This document shows positions 36,920 to 50,126 of a stretch of DNA of 64,000 bases, piece by piece. The notes under the pieces were generated by a model. That model saw only the letters and a program-made list of their open reading frames with translations. It was not told where the DNA came from and did not search any database. This stretch comes from Bigelowiella natans CCMP2755 (lineage: Eukaryota; Protista; Cercozoa): contig ADNK01000431.1 of the NCBI GenBank assembly GCA_000320545.1, forward strand, positions 1 through 64,000, written 5' to 3'. How positions within the stretch are numbered: position 1 is the first letter of the stretch; every line of letters starts with the position of its first letter. A program made the translations under genes and the position numbers.

Positions 36920-39536
36920 CTATTTTCTCTCTTCCTTTTCTTCATCAGGGCAGAGCTGTTCCTTGAACACCTTCAGCAATTCCTGATATGCACTCTCCTT
37001 ACCGTCTAAAATCTGCTCTTTTGTTGGCGCCTTCTCATCCTTCTTCTTTGCTTCCTTCTTTTCAGTCTTGACCTGAAAATGGGTTATTTAGGAAATATTG
37101 CATTCAAAAGATGAGGTGCGAAAAGATGAGTAAGGTAGTATTGATTATTATTTATTCAGACTCTCTCCCCCATCAACTTTGGTCTCTTCAACTCGAAAAC
37201 AAATCTGGTACATTTATTCTTGCAAAACTACAGACTAGGCGTATGCTCTGACCTCGGGCCGTGAAGCCTCCCTCTTTTCCACGTATTTTAAGCGCTCAAC
37301 TTCGTGATCGTACCTTTCGACGTTAAATTAGTAAGTTGGGCGAGGTTCTAGGCAGCACATCAGCCAACCATACATACGTAGTGAAAAGAACACACACGCA
37401 CACACACACACACACACACATGAACGGATGTGCTCTCATGGTTGCTTTTACAATCCCTCCCCCCTGGAAAATGTCTCTAAAAACTGATTTTCATCTATCC
37501 TAGTTGTTATTATATCGTAAAAAAGAGTTGATCATCCCGCATATTCACCAGTTTCGCATTTCTCGCTCCTCGTGGTTCGCAGGGCGCATAAGGATGCGAG
37601 GCACACTGAAAATGTGTAAGGTGCCGGTGAAGTCCCCGACAGCAAGGAGCTGCTGCTTGCTATGGCCATGCCAGAAGCTGATGCACCTTTCCATCGTCTG
37701 TTGGGAGCATTGCGAAGTTCCCAAAAGCAACCTGTCGAATTGCAAGAAGTACGTGTTGGACATACACCAATGCATGAGAATTCATAGTAATGTTTGGTGT
37801 GCTTCATTTACTATCCCATGCATGCATGATTATTGCCGCGCGCGCACACACCTGTCCGGCCTGCGTCACGACGACCATGCGTGTCTGGTTGTCGTCTCCG
37901 GTTAAGAACGTAAATTTCTTGCCCGAGAGATTCATCTAGATGAAGAAGTAGCATTAACTTTTAAGCATACGCAGCATACACATGATGCTAGGTGTCTATT
38001 CCCCATATCGGTATTATGGTACTAATGCCTAACAACGACAACGACTACTATCACTACTACTACTACTACTACGCAACATTGAGTAATCACAACCCCACCT
38101 TAGCTCCATCCTGGGCAATTGCAAGTTTATACCTAAACAAGTATAAGGGGGGGAGGAGGAAGGAGAGGTTGACTTTTGTACTTGAATGAAGAGAAGAAAA
38201 CGGCGATATGAGGGATGCTATGCTCGTTGAACGTCACTATATTTTCGTCTCAGATGGTGATGCAAGTTATCATCTTCATGGAGCAGATTAACTGCGATCG
38301 AGAGGATTGATTCTATGGACACTTTGTTTATCATCATATTTTCAAATATATATGTTCGTGTGCTGCGTGTGTGCGTGAGCAATAGCCTATCATCTCCTCG
38401 TACGTGGGTCCCCATCGTAGATTCTTGTCGACAGTGCCGTCAGCATTATGTGTCTCTTTGAGCTTCACATCCCAGAAGTACATAAATCCGTCAGCGGATA
38501 CTGTGGCAAAGAACTGTGGTGCTTTCGCCTTTGAACGACGAGCGAACAGGTTCAAAGCCAAACACGCACACACACACACGCACACACACACACACACATA
38601 CACATACACACAGAGATCAGTAATGAGGGGCGGATGGTCTTTAGCAGGACGGTTCCTTCATAGCACTGTCACGTTAAAAACGTGAAGATTCATCCAATGA
38701 TGCAACCCACCTTCCCACCCACCCTGTCCCCTTCAATATTTTGTTTCTGCCTCAGATGGTGATGCAAGTTATCATCTTCACGGGGCAGATTGACTGCGCT
38801 CGAGAGGATTGATTCTATGGACACTTTGTTTATCATCATCGGCAACCATGCACACACACACACGCGCGCGCACGCACGCAGCTGCTCACGCTCACCTCCG
38901 GGTTCATTTGGTATTTTCCCTTCCGCGTGATTGTGACACCCTTTGGCAGCCATTGCAGATCTGAGACTGAACGGCTATGGGAGACTTGAAGCACCGACGT
39001 CGCCTTGCACGAAAAGGACGGCGTTGAGGTCTTCGAATCCACGGAGCTCCCCCCCGTATCTTCTGCGGCCTTCATGTTCGCATAGACGTCCTCCCCATTA
39101 ATATTCTTGTCAGAGAGGTCCCACATGATTACCTAAAGAACGAGAGGAAGAGAATGAAGCAAAGGAGGGTTGTGAAAGCCGTCATCGCCCTCATGATCTA
39201 AGTGGATGGCCGAGCTTCGCAAGCAGTGTGTCGTCTTCTTCACGCGAGTAACATGAGAATCGAAATGGGGAGGCGACCTGGCCGGTTCTGAGCCCCGCGA
39301 CGATGAGATATGGGTTGTCTTTATTGATCTTGAAGCAAACCACGTCGCCAGGAACGGCGAGGCGTAGTCGTGGTGCGAGCAAGTTGCTCAGGCTCCACAT
39401 GATGATTGAAGTCCACATGACCTGCGCACCAATTACAACCACGTACCATCACACCCCATCACGAATATGTGTCCATCCCCTAATTAGGAGGGGAGCGGCG
39501 GGGGCGGGGGGAGGATAGATAGAGAAAAACAAGGAG

Positions 39537-39584
<48 letters not shown>

Positions 39585-40704
39585 CGAGAGGGAAGGGAAG
39601 GGAATGACCTTTCCAGATAACTCGAGACGCTTGTCTATATCGAGGTTACAGCCGCACGCAAAGGCGATCATTCCCTTCACGGTCGGATGCCAGCTAATGT
39701 CACAGATACGCCGAGCAGGCATACCTGGTACCCGAAGCTGATTCATGCTCTTCAAATTGCTCTCAGCATTCTAATTGTTTAACAGGGGGGGGGGGAGAAA
39801 GGGGCGAAGCAAAAGTTACAGAAAAACCAATCGAGTAGTGCAAAGTCGAAAAAGTATACGTGCGTGTGTGTGTGCTGTGCGTGTGTGTTGCATCAAAGGA
39901 TTTGACAGCAACCTTTCCAATTGACGTCTCCACCTCCTTCAGGCACTGAACACGCAGGCAAACGAGGGCGATGAGAGTAGCAAGCAAAAATAGGAAATAA
40001 GCACAATCGATAGGGAATAGAAAAAGTTCCGCAGCAATTGTCAAGAAAGAAACAAAAAAGGCAAAAAGACACAAGAGGAACAGAACCGAGACGAAATATG
40101 CGCATACATAGCTTGTGCGTGTGTGCGGGATACGAAGTGAAAGAGTATAAAATTATATATTTACACATCTTTATTATTACGTCGAATTCATCATGGAAGA
40201 GGTCCACAACGTAGTTGCTCTCTAAGAAATGTTTCACGATAGGCAGTTTCGATTCCAGGAATTTGGCCACAGAACCTTCAATAATAATAATAATAATAGT
40301 AATAATAATAATAGTGGTAATAATGAGTTCATCATCAACGGCGCCTCCCATTACGTTTTCCCTTTCCCCCCCCTCCACTATTTCTGTTTGTATCCGCATT
40401 TATTGATGTGTTCATGTAAATCTTCCTCTCCTTCTCGCGCTTCCCCCGTCTTGATTACCGGATTCTTTTATCTCCTTCAGCTCGCTAGGGGTGAACGTTT
40501 GTGCCTCGACTTGCTCCGCCTGGTTTATCTTACGAGCCCATGTTGTCTGCGTTTCCGCCTCCATTGTTGGAGCTCCACACTGAAACCCGAAGTCGAGGTC
40601 TTGCCTCACGAATGCGCCGAAGTTCTCGTTCTCCATGCGCGGGAAGTGGGGCACCGTTTCTTCCTCCGCGTCTTCAAAGAGGGCCTTATGTAGTACAGGG
40701 GGCA

Positions 40705-40761
<57 letters not shown>

Positions 40762-40854
40762 GATGGGACAGGGACAAACGGGTATTTCAAAGGAGCTTTC
40801 GATGGAAGGTGCAGTAGTTGTTTCATTAGACCTAAAGAGAGGGAGAGAGGGAGG

Positions 40855-40886
<32 letters not shown>

Positions 40887-42197
40887 AAGAGAGAGATTGC
40901 CACCTCCCAGCCGAAATCCCTCCTTGGCTTGGACATGAAGAACTTCTTCAAACGGCGACTATTTGTAGCCTTAAGCTCTTCGACTGTAGGCATGGTAAAC
41001 GCCCAGGTCGCGCGCCTTTTTGACATCATTATATCATTATTATTATTACTATTCTTATTCTTATTATCATTATTACTTTATAATTATTATTGTTGCTGCA
41101 TATATAACATGGACTAAGGGTTCTCATCCCCACCCCCTCCCCAAAAGCGCGAAATTCTTTCCCAGGCTTTGCCTTCTTACCGTTTTGGTAAAGTGTCGGG
41201 TGGCGCGTTCTTATCAAGCAACTTCACCTGCATATCACGAATTAGAGATCATCAGCAGAAATTGTAACTCTCCGCGAAGTGACAAGTCGGAAGAGAAACG
41301 AGGTGACAGAATACAGAGGAGGCAGACAAAGCTGGCAGGATGGGGGAGGGTAAGGCACAATGGACAAGCTACCTCTTCCATAGTGATCGGAGTCCATTCA
41401 CGGCGAGCAACGAGTGGATTTTCCTCATACTCAGGCGGTCTCTCACTAGGATCATCAGCCTCATCTTCAAATGCTTCAGCTACTTTCTCAAATATCTCCT
41501 TTATCCTCTCGTCAAATTCATGGTAAATCGCCTTCTCACACTCATCAGCGGTGATGCTGGCCTGCACCTAGAAGAGGGGCACGGGTTAGGGAGGTCAGCA
41601 GAGGCAGTGAGATGTAAGTATGCGAGTGTGTTGTTCCACAGCGTGTATAGCATATCCGTCTAATTCACCTCAATCTTCCCGTCCCCCACCTCCCAAAAAG
41701 CACAGTTGTTGCTGATGATCTATTCACCTTAAAAGCCTTCTCAATAGATTCGGAGAGTTCCGGCTCGGCGAGGCTGCTAAACAGCTTGCCAAATGCTGCT
41801 GCAATCACAAGCGTGGACTCCATAGGGTAGAGATCGTCATCCATTTTCACGCCATGCGCCATGTAGTCGATTCCCTCATTGTCGGTCACGCGGAATGGCC
41901 GTGTTCCAAAGATGGCGGCGTTGGCTATCATACAAAACATCAATCTCTTAGTATTCACAGAACACAGTTTCTCACTCTAAGGCATTTCCTCTAGTAGCTC
42001 CTACCTTTGTTCTTGTTGACTATTTCTTCCACTATTGCTTTGTGCTCATCCTGCTTGCCGTCGGTGCTGACATGACAAAGAGTGTCCAGCTTCTTCTCGG
42101 TGTCGATCCGCAGGATCGCGATGTACCTGAATCAATGGGGTGTTGTACGAGATTTCGATTCTGCTCCCGCTAATACTATTTTGCTGCTGTGGTAACA

Positions 42198-42257
<60 letters not shown>

Positions 42258-43302
42258 GTGTGAAAGAGAGAGGAAGTTTTACTTGACAAGCATATCCTTG
42301 AAGCTGTCCTCCTTCTTACCCCCCTCTTTGCTGTCTCCTCCGGCACCAACTCCTTCTTTCTCGAATCGCTGAGGAATACGAACGGTAGGCAAATGTTAAT
42401 GTGGGAAAACGGGGATATACTAGAACATATATCGACACACGGAATGATGCGACGTCTCCACAAGGTGCAAGTATGAGTATGGATACGATATTCCCTTCTC
42501 CCTTGCCCTCCCATTGTCTCTGGTTTCCTCCTCCACGTTTCGCTGCTAACCTCGAGATGTTCCTTCGTCGTCGCCTCGGTTGCACACCAGTAGAAGTTGC
42601 ACATCTCCTTATAGCTACACTCAAGGTCCGCGACAATCAGAATTTTGTCGCCAGGGAATGCCTCGATCTTCTTCCGCAGGGCGTGGAAGGCCGACATGAA
42701 ACCGTTTTTGTTACAGTCCTCAACTACGAAAGACTTCTCGTACACCTGAGAAAAGGGAGGGAGAGGAAGTGGAAGCGGAGGAGGGAGGTGAGGAATAAAG
42801 AAGACGAAAATCCTGGAATTTCGATAAGCTCTCTCTCTCTCTTTCTCTCTCTCTCTCACACACACACAAGCATACGCATACGCATACGCACACACACACA
42901 CACACATCGCGCTCAAATAAAGAGCACCCCTTTGCTTGCATCTTTCCATCAGTATACCCTTATCGCAACAACGTTCTGATACCTTGAATTCATAGACATC
43001 AGTGATATCATCCCCGCTCTTCAGGCCAAGCTTACCCATATTTCCCTGTGGTAGACACGATAATGATAGTGATGATTATGATGATGATGATGATGATGAT
43101 GACAGTGGTGGTAGTGCTGAAAGCTATTTAATAGCTGGACTCACCCCAAGAGTTATTCCTTCGCGCACATGTGAATAATCACACATACTCGCTCACCCAC
43201 CGCACCACAAACCAATGGAATAACACGCATCTCATCAATTATATTTACCAGGGAGATAGAGAAGGGCTCGATCCCTGCCGGCGTTGGTTGGAACTCCGAC
43301 AT
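36920..43302 (-). CDS. WDR63: WD40 dynein intermediate chain, WDR63/DNAI3/IC140-like (inner arm I1/f); WD core appears partly missing
   Basis: MSEFQPTPAGIEPFSIS, FGFQCG...AETQTTW, ICDISWHP, NPYLIVAGLRTGQVIMWDL, SHSRSVSDLQWLP, FATVSADG..FWD, QQLLAVGDFTGTLHIFSVP and DHEVERLKYVEKR. Confidence 0.8.
38250..38337 (-). ncRNA. Intronic box C/D snoRNA, snR55/SNORD33(U33)-like, copy 1
   Basis: Box C ATGATGA, D' TCGA, GCAG/CTGC hairpin, C' ATGAAGA, box D CTGA. The D guide TGCATCACCAT pairs (with G-U) to SSU rRNA GUGGUGGUGCA. A 12-nt element CCATAGAATCAA is complementary to the adjacent UUGAUUCUAUGG. It lies in intron ~38133-38403, in the host gene's sense orientation. Confidence 0.8.
38617..38696 (-). 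ncRNA. Candidate intronic C/D-type small RNA with an LSU rRNA antisense element
   Basis: TGGATGA...CTGA ends 80 nt apart, with an internal ACCGTCCTGCT complementary to conserved LSU AGCAGGACGGU. The box arrangement is non-canonical. Confidence 0.35.
38752..38839 (-). ncRNA. Intronic box C/D snoRNA, snR55/SNORD33(U33)-like, copy 2
   Basis: Near-identical to copy 1, with differences only in the D'-C' region. Has a terminal stem TGCC/GGCA and lies in intron 38529-38895. Confidence 0.82.
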
Positions 43303-44172
43303 TTTTCACCAGACCTCTTTGTTCGTGCCTTCTATGCTGTGATTTCGTCTTCTATGCTTCTCTCAGTCGCTCAGGTGAAACGACAGGTGCAACGATTAGA
43401 GAAACGCTGCTTGTTGTGTTAGGAGCAAATGGCGAATGAATGCCGCTACTTCAATTCTTCGCTCTTCCTCTTCGTCTTGTTACCGTGACTTCGTCGAAGG
43501 GGTCGCGTCCCTCCGCTGTTCTTACGGAAGGGAAGGAAAGGGAGAGGACGAAGGAAACCTGAGATTGTAGTTAGTTGGTATGATGTTGAGCTCCGCCCCT
43601 TGCCAAATGCGAACAAGAGCTAAATTCTACAGTTTCATAATTTTTTTGAGCAAGGTTACGCAAAAGCACACTTTCCCTTACAAGATAAAACACTACTTAG
43701 TATTCTGCGTCTGATGTAACTGAGAGCAATGCCCCAACCAATATTACAATAACGGCAGAACAGGCTGCCACCCCTTATTCCGTACTAATTCATGTTGTCA
43801 CGCTCTGAAAAACGATCTCCCCTGTACCACATCTGAACGTTCAACTTGTAGTTTCACCTCTAATTTACGAAATGAACCACTCATACGTCCCCTCCCTCCC
43901 CCGCCCTTGCACCTCGCCGAAACTTGCCAAGCAGCTTGAAACAGACAATGATTGTACTTGGAGAGAAAAACGATCCAAATTCATTGTCGCACGTCCATAA
44001 TCCCATATGTTTCCGTTGGAATCGACATGAAAGCTGCAATTCTGCAACTGAATTCTGGGTTTATCGTGTTCTTGCGAATTGAGGGAATATATGTGGGGAT
44101 TTTAGAGATGCGACAAACATAAGAATCGACATCCGGAACAAAACAGTGAATCCTCACACGAACCGAACTGAA

Positions 44173-44941
44173 ATGGCGTTAGATCTTCCGCGCTTGAACG
44201 CGCTTGCCACTCGACTGGAGGCTGCGGTTTCCCGCATAGAACTTAATTACAAAGGTGGTTTAAGCTATGTAAGAACTATGTGGGGGTGTGGATGAGGTTA
44301 TTAGGCATGCTCGGCAAGTCAAATTCGTCGATGAATTTCACTCCTTTTGCCTGACGTGCATAACAAATATCTCTCGGGATCGTTCCTTAGGGAGTGGGGA
44401 TGATTTGAAGCTGGTCAAGGCGATGGCGGATGCGCTTCCAAGACTTTTGGCAGTTGAAGAGAGATTTAAGGTAGCGGCGTCATCGTCGACACCGATTCTG
44501 AGCCTTGGAAAGAAGCCTGTGCCCGTCGAAAAGAAGCATGCTGCACCGGCAGCACCATTCATGCCTGAACCGACTCCAGAAGAGAAAGCTGAGGCCAAAG
44601 AAAAGGCTGCTACTGCGAAAAAGAAAGCTACCCATTTGTTTAAGAAGATGGTTGGCGAAAAGGTGACCATGCTCGACACAAAGCATCATCTCCTCCTTTT
44701 CAGCAATTGTCCTATTATTTCTTTCTTATTGAGCTCTCCGACGATGACTACGAATCAAATCAGGTGTACGGAAAGAGAAATTATGCAAAGATGCAATTGA
44801 AAAAGGCAAAGGAGCTTTCGAAGGCCACGGCTGAAACGGTACCACCTCTTCTTGTTCTCCAACCATACTCCCCAGCACTAGACAGAGACCGAGTGATGCT
44901 TTACGTTGTTTATATGGCGTGTAGTGTGTTCTATGTATTGA

Positions 44942-45019
<78 letters not shown>

Positions 45020-46364
45020 GGGGAGAAAGTTTGAATGAAATTTTGCATTTGTGCTAGACAGAGTTCACCGAATTGTATTGGACAGGTTGCGAAGGACGTG
45101 GACAAGCAAGCTACAGCTGCCACAGCTGCTACTCCTGTTGTCGCTAATAAAACGCCATCATCTTCCGAAATCAAGAAATCTAATACGTCCACGACGTCGC
45201 CCACGGAAGCTTATGGAAATCTTTTATCCAAAGATTCTCCTGCGGGGTATATATTCGATTTATACATACCGCTGCCCATATTTGTCGTGGAACTTCGTAT
45301 TAATGATTAACACCGATGACATATGAAGATCTTTCTAATGCGCGCTTGTGTATGTGTGTGTTTGCGTGTGATGGTTGTGACTCAAATGACGACGGCATCC
45401 TGCGTGGAAGGTCCTGGATGGTAATGGAGCCGACAAAGGAAAAATCGAAGCCGCTCAAAGTTGTTAAGATAGGCGAAGGTGGGCTTTCGTAAAAGGAAGT
45501 CACGAAAGGAAAGAGGGAGGGGCAAAGGAAAAAGGGGGAAATAGTATGTAAGAGAGTAGCTGATCCACCTCAACAGCCTAATTCCGTGGGCAAGCAATGG
45601 GAGAACAGCAACAACCTTCTCCTACTGACGCTTCCTACTCACTAGGTATAGAATCTATGAAGCAAACCTTGTCTCCAGAAAAAGTCCTATTCGCATGTAT
45701 TGCCGTTCACGGTGTGGACGTGCGCAATGACAAGCTCAGGAGCACTCGCACGAAAGTCGTCCAGGTAGACAATTCCCGAGATCCCGAGATCAGCCGGAAA
45801 TTTTGCAATATTCTAGCAGCTGTCGCGCATAAATTTGCGCGTTCCGTATCGCTTTCTTACATATCACCACTTGCTTCGTGCATCCACAATCATCCACTTC
45901 TCAAATTCCTTAAGCAGGATCTTTCTCTTTTTGAGTCACTTCCGGCATATTTGTGTTTTGGCACGTGTTGCTCTGGTCGGGCGGTCGTTCAGGTGAACTT
46001 TGTCGGGGCCAATGTGCCAGCAATGAGACGTATGATGGCTCTTTCTGGAAAAAAATCCGTCTCCAAAGTATGTAAAGGCGTCGCTCTCGTTATTCAAGCT
46101 ACAAAACCCGATGAAATTACAACCAAAGAGCTAGGTAGCCTATTCACACACACACACATACATTCATACATACGTACGTACATACACCTGAGCGTTGAGA
46201 TTGAAGGGGATCTCAGGATATGTACGAATCTGCAAAGGTTTGAATATGACAAAACTGTTTGTATCTGTGTCAAATCTCTTTCAGCAAATTCGTTGCTCGC
46301 AGCCGGAGGCGCGCACAAGCCGTCTTTCTACGATTTTGGCAACGGTAATAAACTCGAGATATGA
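44173..46364 (+). CDS. ADF-H (coactosin-like) actin-binding protein with N-terminal CAP-like RLE motif
   Basis: N-terminus LATRLEAAVSRIE. C-terminal domain ...VLFACIAVHGVD...STRTKVVQVNFVGANVPAMRR...VALVIQAT...LLAAGGAHKPSFYDF. Confidence 0.75.
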
Positions 46365-46912
46365 AAAATACTGAAGTAGTCCAAGGATTCAGCCTTTGCC
46401 AAATAGTCATCAATGACAGTATGAGTGTTATCACATTGATCGCTATTTAGTCTATAGAAGTGCTGTTGTAATTGTAGCGGCGTTGCAATTGAGCTATTGT
46501 GTATGCATGCATGCCATGTGAGGCAGTTTTTTAGTGAATATAACCCCGGCGCCAGGAGGTGCGTGCCGAGCACAGCTCTAGAGCTTTACGCAAGCATGTG
46601 TGAGTCTCGCTGCGATGACAGACAGTGGATGTTCATGCGCTTGCTGCTAGCGCAACAATTTGATTCGTCAGTTGGTCAATGCCGCTATATCGACTGTCGG
46701 CTATGCAATGGTAGACATTGCAATGCATTTTTTTTTTCGCAGGATACGATAACAAAACACACGTAATGCTAGAATGGTAGACTGCAAGACTTACTGCCAC
46801 AGAGGTACATGGTTATACAACTGCACTAATAACTAATCCATCGCCACAAGTAGTAGTCTCAACACAACATTTGCTGGCTCTAATACGTCATGGTGCATGC
46901 GGTAGCAGTGCA

Positions 46913-48530
46913 CTAGAACTTACCCTCACGAAAGTCTTCGGGTGGGATGCGAACGAGCACTCCCACGCTTGTCTGCACGAACTCTAATAGCGATAATCCA
47001 TGCATGTCTCGAATATGGTATTCAATATCCATTTTGCTCTTCTTCAGCCTCTTCTTTTCTAGTTCCTGAAAATGATTATAACCCATTTATCATCCACTCA
47101 GCAACTTGTAACTTTGACGACGATGTATCAACTGTACACCCTCCCCCGCGCCCGGCTGCCATTCATTCATGTGCAGGGGACAGGACGCATGCATTCCATG
47201 CAGCATTATCACTTGGGGGAAAATGGTGGCACGTACGTACGTACCTTTAGCAGGATTTCCTTATACATGCGCTTCTGAATAATTCTCTTGATCTCCTTTC
47301 GCGCGTCATGTAGAGCCACTATGAGACCTGATGCCCTCGGTATCGAGAAGAGGTATTCACCCGCTCGCCTCCGGATAAGCACACCGAGCCTCATTAGCAA
47401 CGACGTCACGCTCTCTGCATCCTCCTTAGTGATCGAGGCATCTTCGGTAGCTTGGAGGATTTCGAACAGCTTTGACTTTGCGATGTACGACGACGTCAGC
47501 TTCGGAAGACATTGCAAGAAAACCATTCCGATCTTTCCTGCACGAGCATTCTTCTCTGCATATATGCTTGCTTTGGAAGGAGAAGCAAAACGAAGAATAA
47601 AGCGCAGGCATAGACATGTCACACACACAATCGAACGAACATAAGTAAAATACAAGCACACGTTAGGTTGATGCATGTCTAAGTCGTTAGGTGAGTTTCA
47701 GAAGTGAAAGAGAGTTGGCAGCGACAATGAACGAGCTGAACCGAATAGCCTCTAAATCCCTTCCCCCCATTACTTGTTACTGCATCGACGAAGTCTTCCG
47801 TAAGCATAATCGCTTGACAATCTCTACCTGAAGCAAGCCCAACAAATCATGCATTTATGAACTGAATGCATGCTTCGCGTTATACGCTGTTTGTGCATTC
47901 GTTCGAGGACCTCCTGTGGGAAGCGCAAAGTAACGGATTTTGTTCGCCTTCCTCAAGCGGTTGATCTCACGATCGACTGCGGTGCGATCCTTCACAACGC
48001 TGTATAGCTGGTGCCGAAGCACAACCTGGAGAAGGAACATAGTGCCATATTCATTTGTATCAGCACCCCGATACTATTTCCATTTGATTTGGCACATTTA
48101 ACAAGGTTGAATCGTCTCTGACCTTAGTCGGATTGATTGATTCTCCAGCAAGCGATATAATCGCGGCGAAGGTGTCTGATGGGATCGCATCTGCATCAAA
48201 TTCGTCCACCTCGAGCTCGTAGGAAGAACCTTTGCGCAGTAACCGTACAACACCAAAACTAAGATTAACACGATATCCCCCGGTGCAATCAGACGAAAAA
48301 ATGAGCATTCACTCGCGATAATTCTCGTGCTTTGGTCGCCCGAAAAGGGCGGATATTCGAGCAATACCAGCCGAGATGTGGCCGCCGCTGATTCCCCCCT
48401 CCAATCCCGGGGCAGAAGAGACGGATGATTGAGGTAGGTCGTTATCACTTTGCTTGCCCTCATCCTGTCTCCTCCGCTTGAACCGCTCCTTCCCCTTCGC
48501 CTCTTCTTCTTTCCCGGCCTGGCGCTTCAT
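46913..48530 (-). CDS. STK19: STK19-like winged-helix protein
   Basis: PSDTFAA, VVLRHQLYSVVKDRTAVDREINRLR...IRYF, LMRLGVL...YLFSIP, RKEIKRIIQKRMYKEILLKELEKKRLKKSKMDIEYHIRD. Confidence 0.88.
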
Positions 48531-48591
48531 CGTGGGGAGGAGGAGGAGGAGGAGGCTGCTCAATGCCGGTAGTGCCGGCAGTAGTTTTAGG

Positions 48592-50126
48592 ATGATAACT
48601 GCTCACTTTTTGAGATCATTGAATGATGATGACCACAGCGACAATGAGACAACGGCAAATGCATGGAAGCAGTGGGACGGTGTGCGTGCTGGAACTGACC
48701 AAGATTTCTTGACAGATGCACAACAAATGCCACAACAATGCTGATTCGACCTCAGGTGCTCCCACTGGTAGTAATTACCCGAACAATGCGGATTGCATGT
48801 CTGCATTCCGGAGCAACTCGCCCCCCCCGAGCTGCTGATGGATACACATACTGGACCGTATCGTGTCTTTACACAGTCGCATCTTGTAATGATATTTGTT
48901 TTACCAAATGCCTCCCGTCGCTTTCGATGTCATTGTCCTTCCTGCATTTTCTTTTCGTGTGCTCCTTCTAGCCGCTCGTCGCTTAGAGAGTTTTTGACTC
49001 AATGTGCTATCGCTATAACCCTTCCCCTCCCCAACCGCAGTTGGGTCTTTGGTGCTGGCGATCTGCCACATCGCAGGTGGAGAGGCGTGGTTAAGAGCCA
49101 CTTGGGGTGGGCATGCTGACTTCGAACGATGGCAGCGCGAGACCAAAACTGTGATGAAACAAAACGCTGTAAGTTGTGTATCTCGCCTTTCGTTACATAT
49201 TCAAACAGTTCGTTTTCTAGATGATTCTCGATCTCCCTCTAATTTTCCACATCGTGTGCCCCAATGTTCGTTTCTGTTGATCAAAACACACACCACGATT
49301 CAAGCCACAATAACGCACACATATTCATTTCTCATGCAATATCGTTCACAGAAGCAGGCCGAAGAAATGAGCAGGTGGAATATTCTCGACCAGCTCCGCG
49401 AGCACAGGAAACACGAGGTAGACGTCTTCAAAGCGATGCGCAATCATGCACATTTTGGGGGTCCGAAGCCGCCTCCCCTTCTTCCAGCTATGCATCGAAA
49501 TGCACACGGAGACGACAATTCGCTACCTATCGCCCCAACAATAGCAGCAAGCACGGTGAATTCAAGTGTAGAGGTAGGAGAGAAGGAAAAACATAGTACT
49601 CCAACAATCCCTGCATCGTCATCATCATCAGCAGCAGGAGTTGGAGGTCACGCAGCCGGAGAACAGTCCGTTGTGGAACGACGGAAGAGGAGGAGGAAAA
49701 AGAGGAGGAGGAGGAAGAAGAAGAAAAAAAGAAAGAGAGCTGAAAGGTTGCGTGCCTACCTATGTGCATGTATGCGTGTGTTCATAACTGCACTTTGGCT
49801 AGCAATATTTGGAATGTGGTATGCTCGACCAAATATTTCAGCGTGTGCGGTTATTGACTATATTCTTTATCCCTCCAATAAATTGCACTCGCAGGCACAC
49901 ATCGTCATCGTCATCGTCGTCGTCGTCATCATCATCATCATCCTCATCATCGTCATCCTCATCATCCTCAATCACTTCCGAGGATGAGCCGGACGAGGAG
50001 AAACGCTCAGCAGCCAAACACCACCATCGTCATCACCGCCATGTTAAAGCAAGGACTTCCAATCATGGGAGGAACAAAAGAAGGAAGAAGAGGAAGAGTA
50101 GGGGAGGGGAGAGAACCAAAAGATAA
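48592..50126 (+). CDS. Hypothetical protein with Lys/Arg- and Ser-rich C-terminus (start uncertain)
   Basis: GT-AG-bounded exons, e.g. WLRATWGGHADFERWQRETK, KQAEEMSRWNILDQLREHRK...RRKRRRKK, and SSSS...RKKRKSRGGERTKR*. Confidence 0.5.

Noticed and set aside
38218-38953. Duplicated peptide MMINKVSIESILS... as alternative exons
   Set aside because: Conservation begins at ATGATGA and ends at CTGA, with no splice sites; a snoRNA explains it better.
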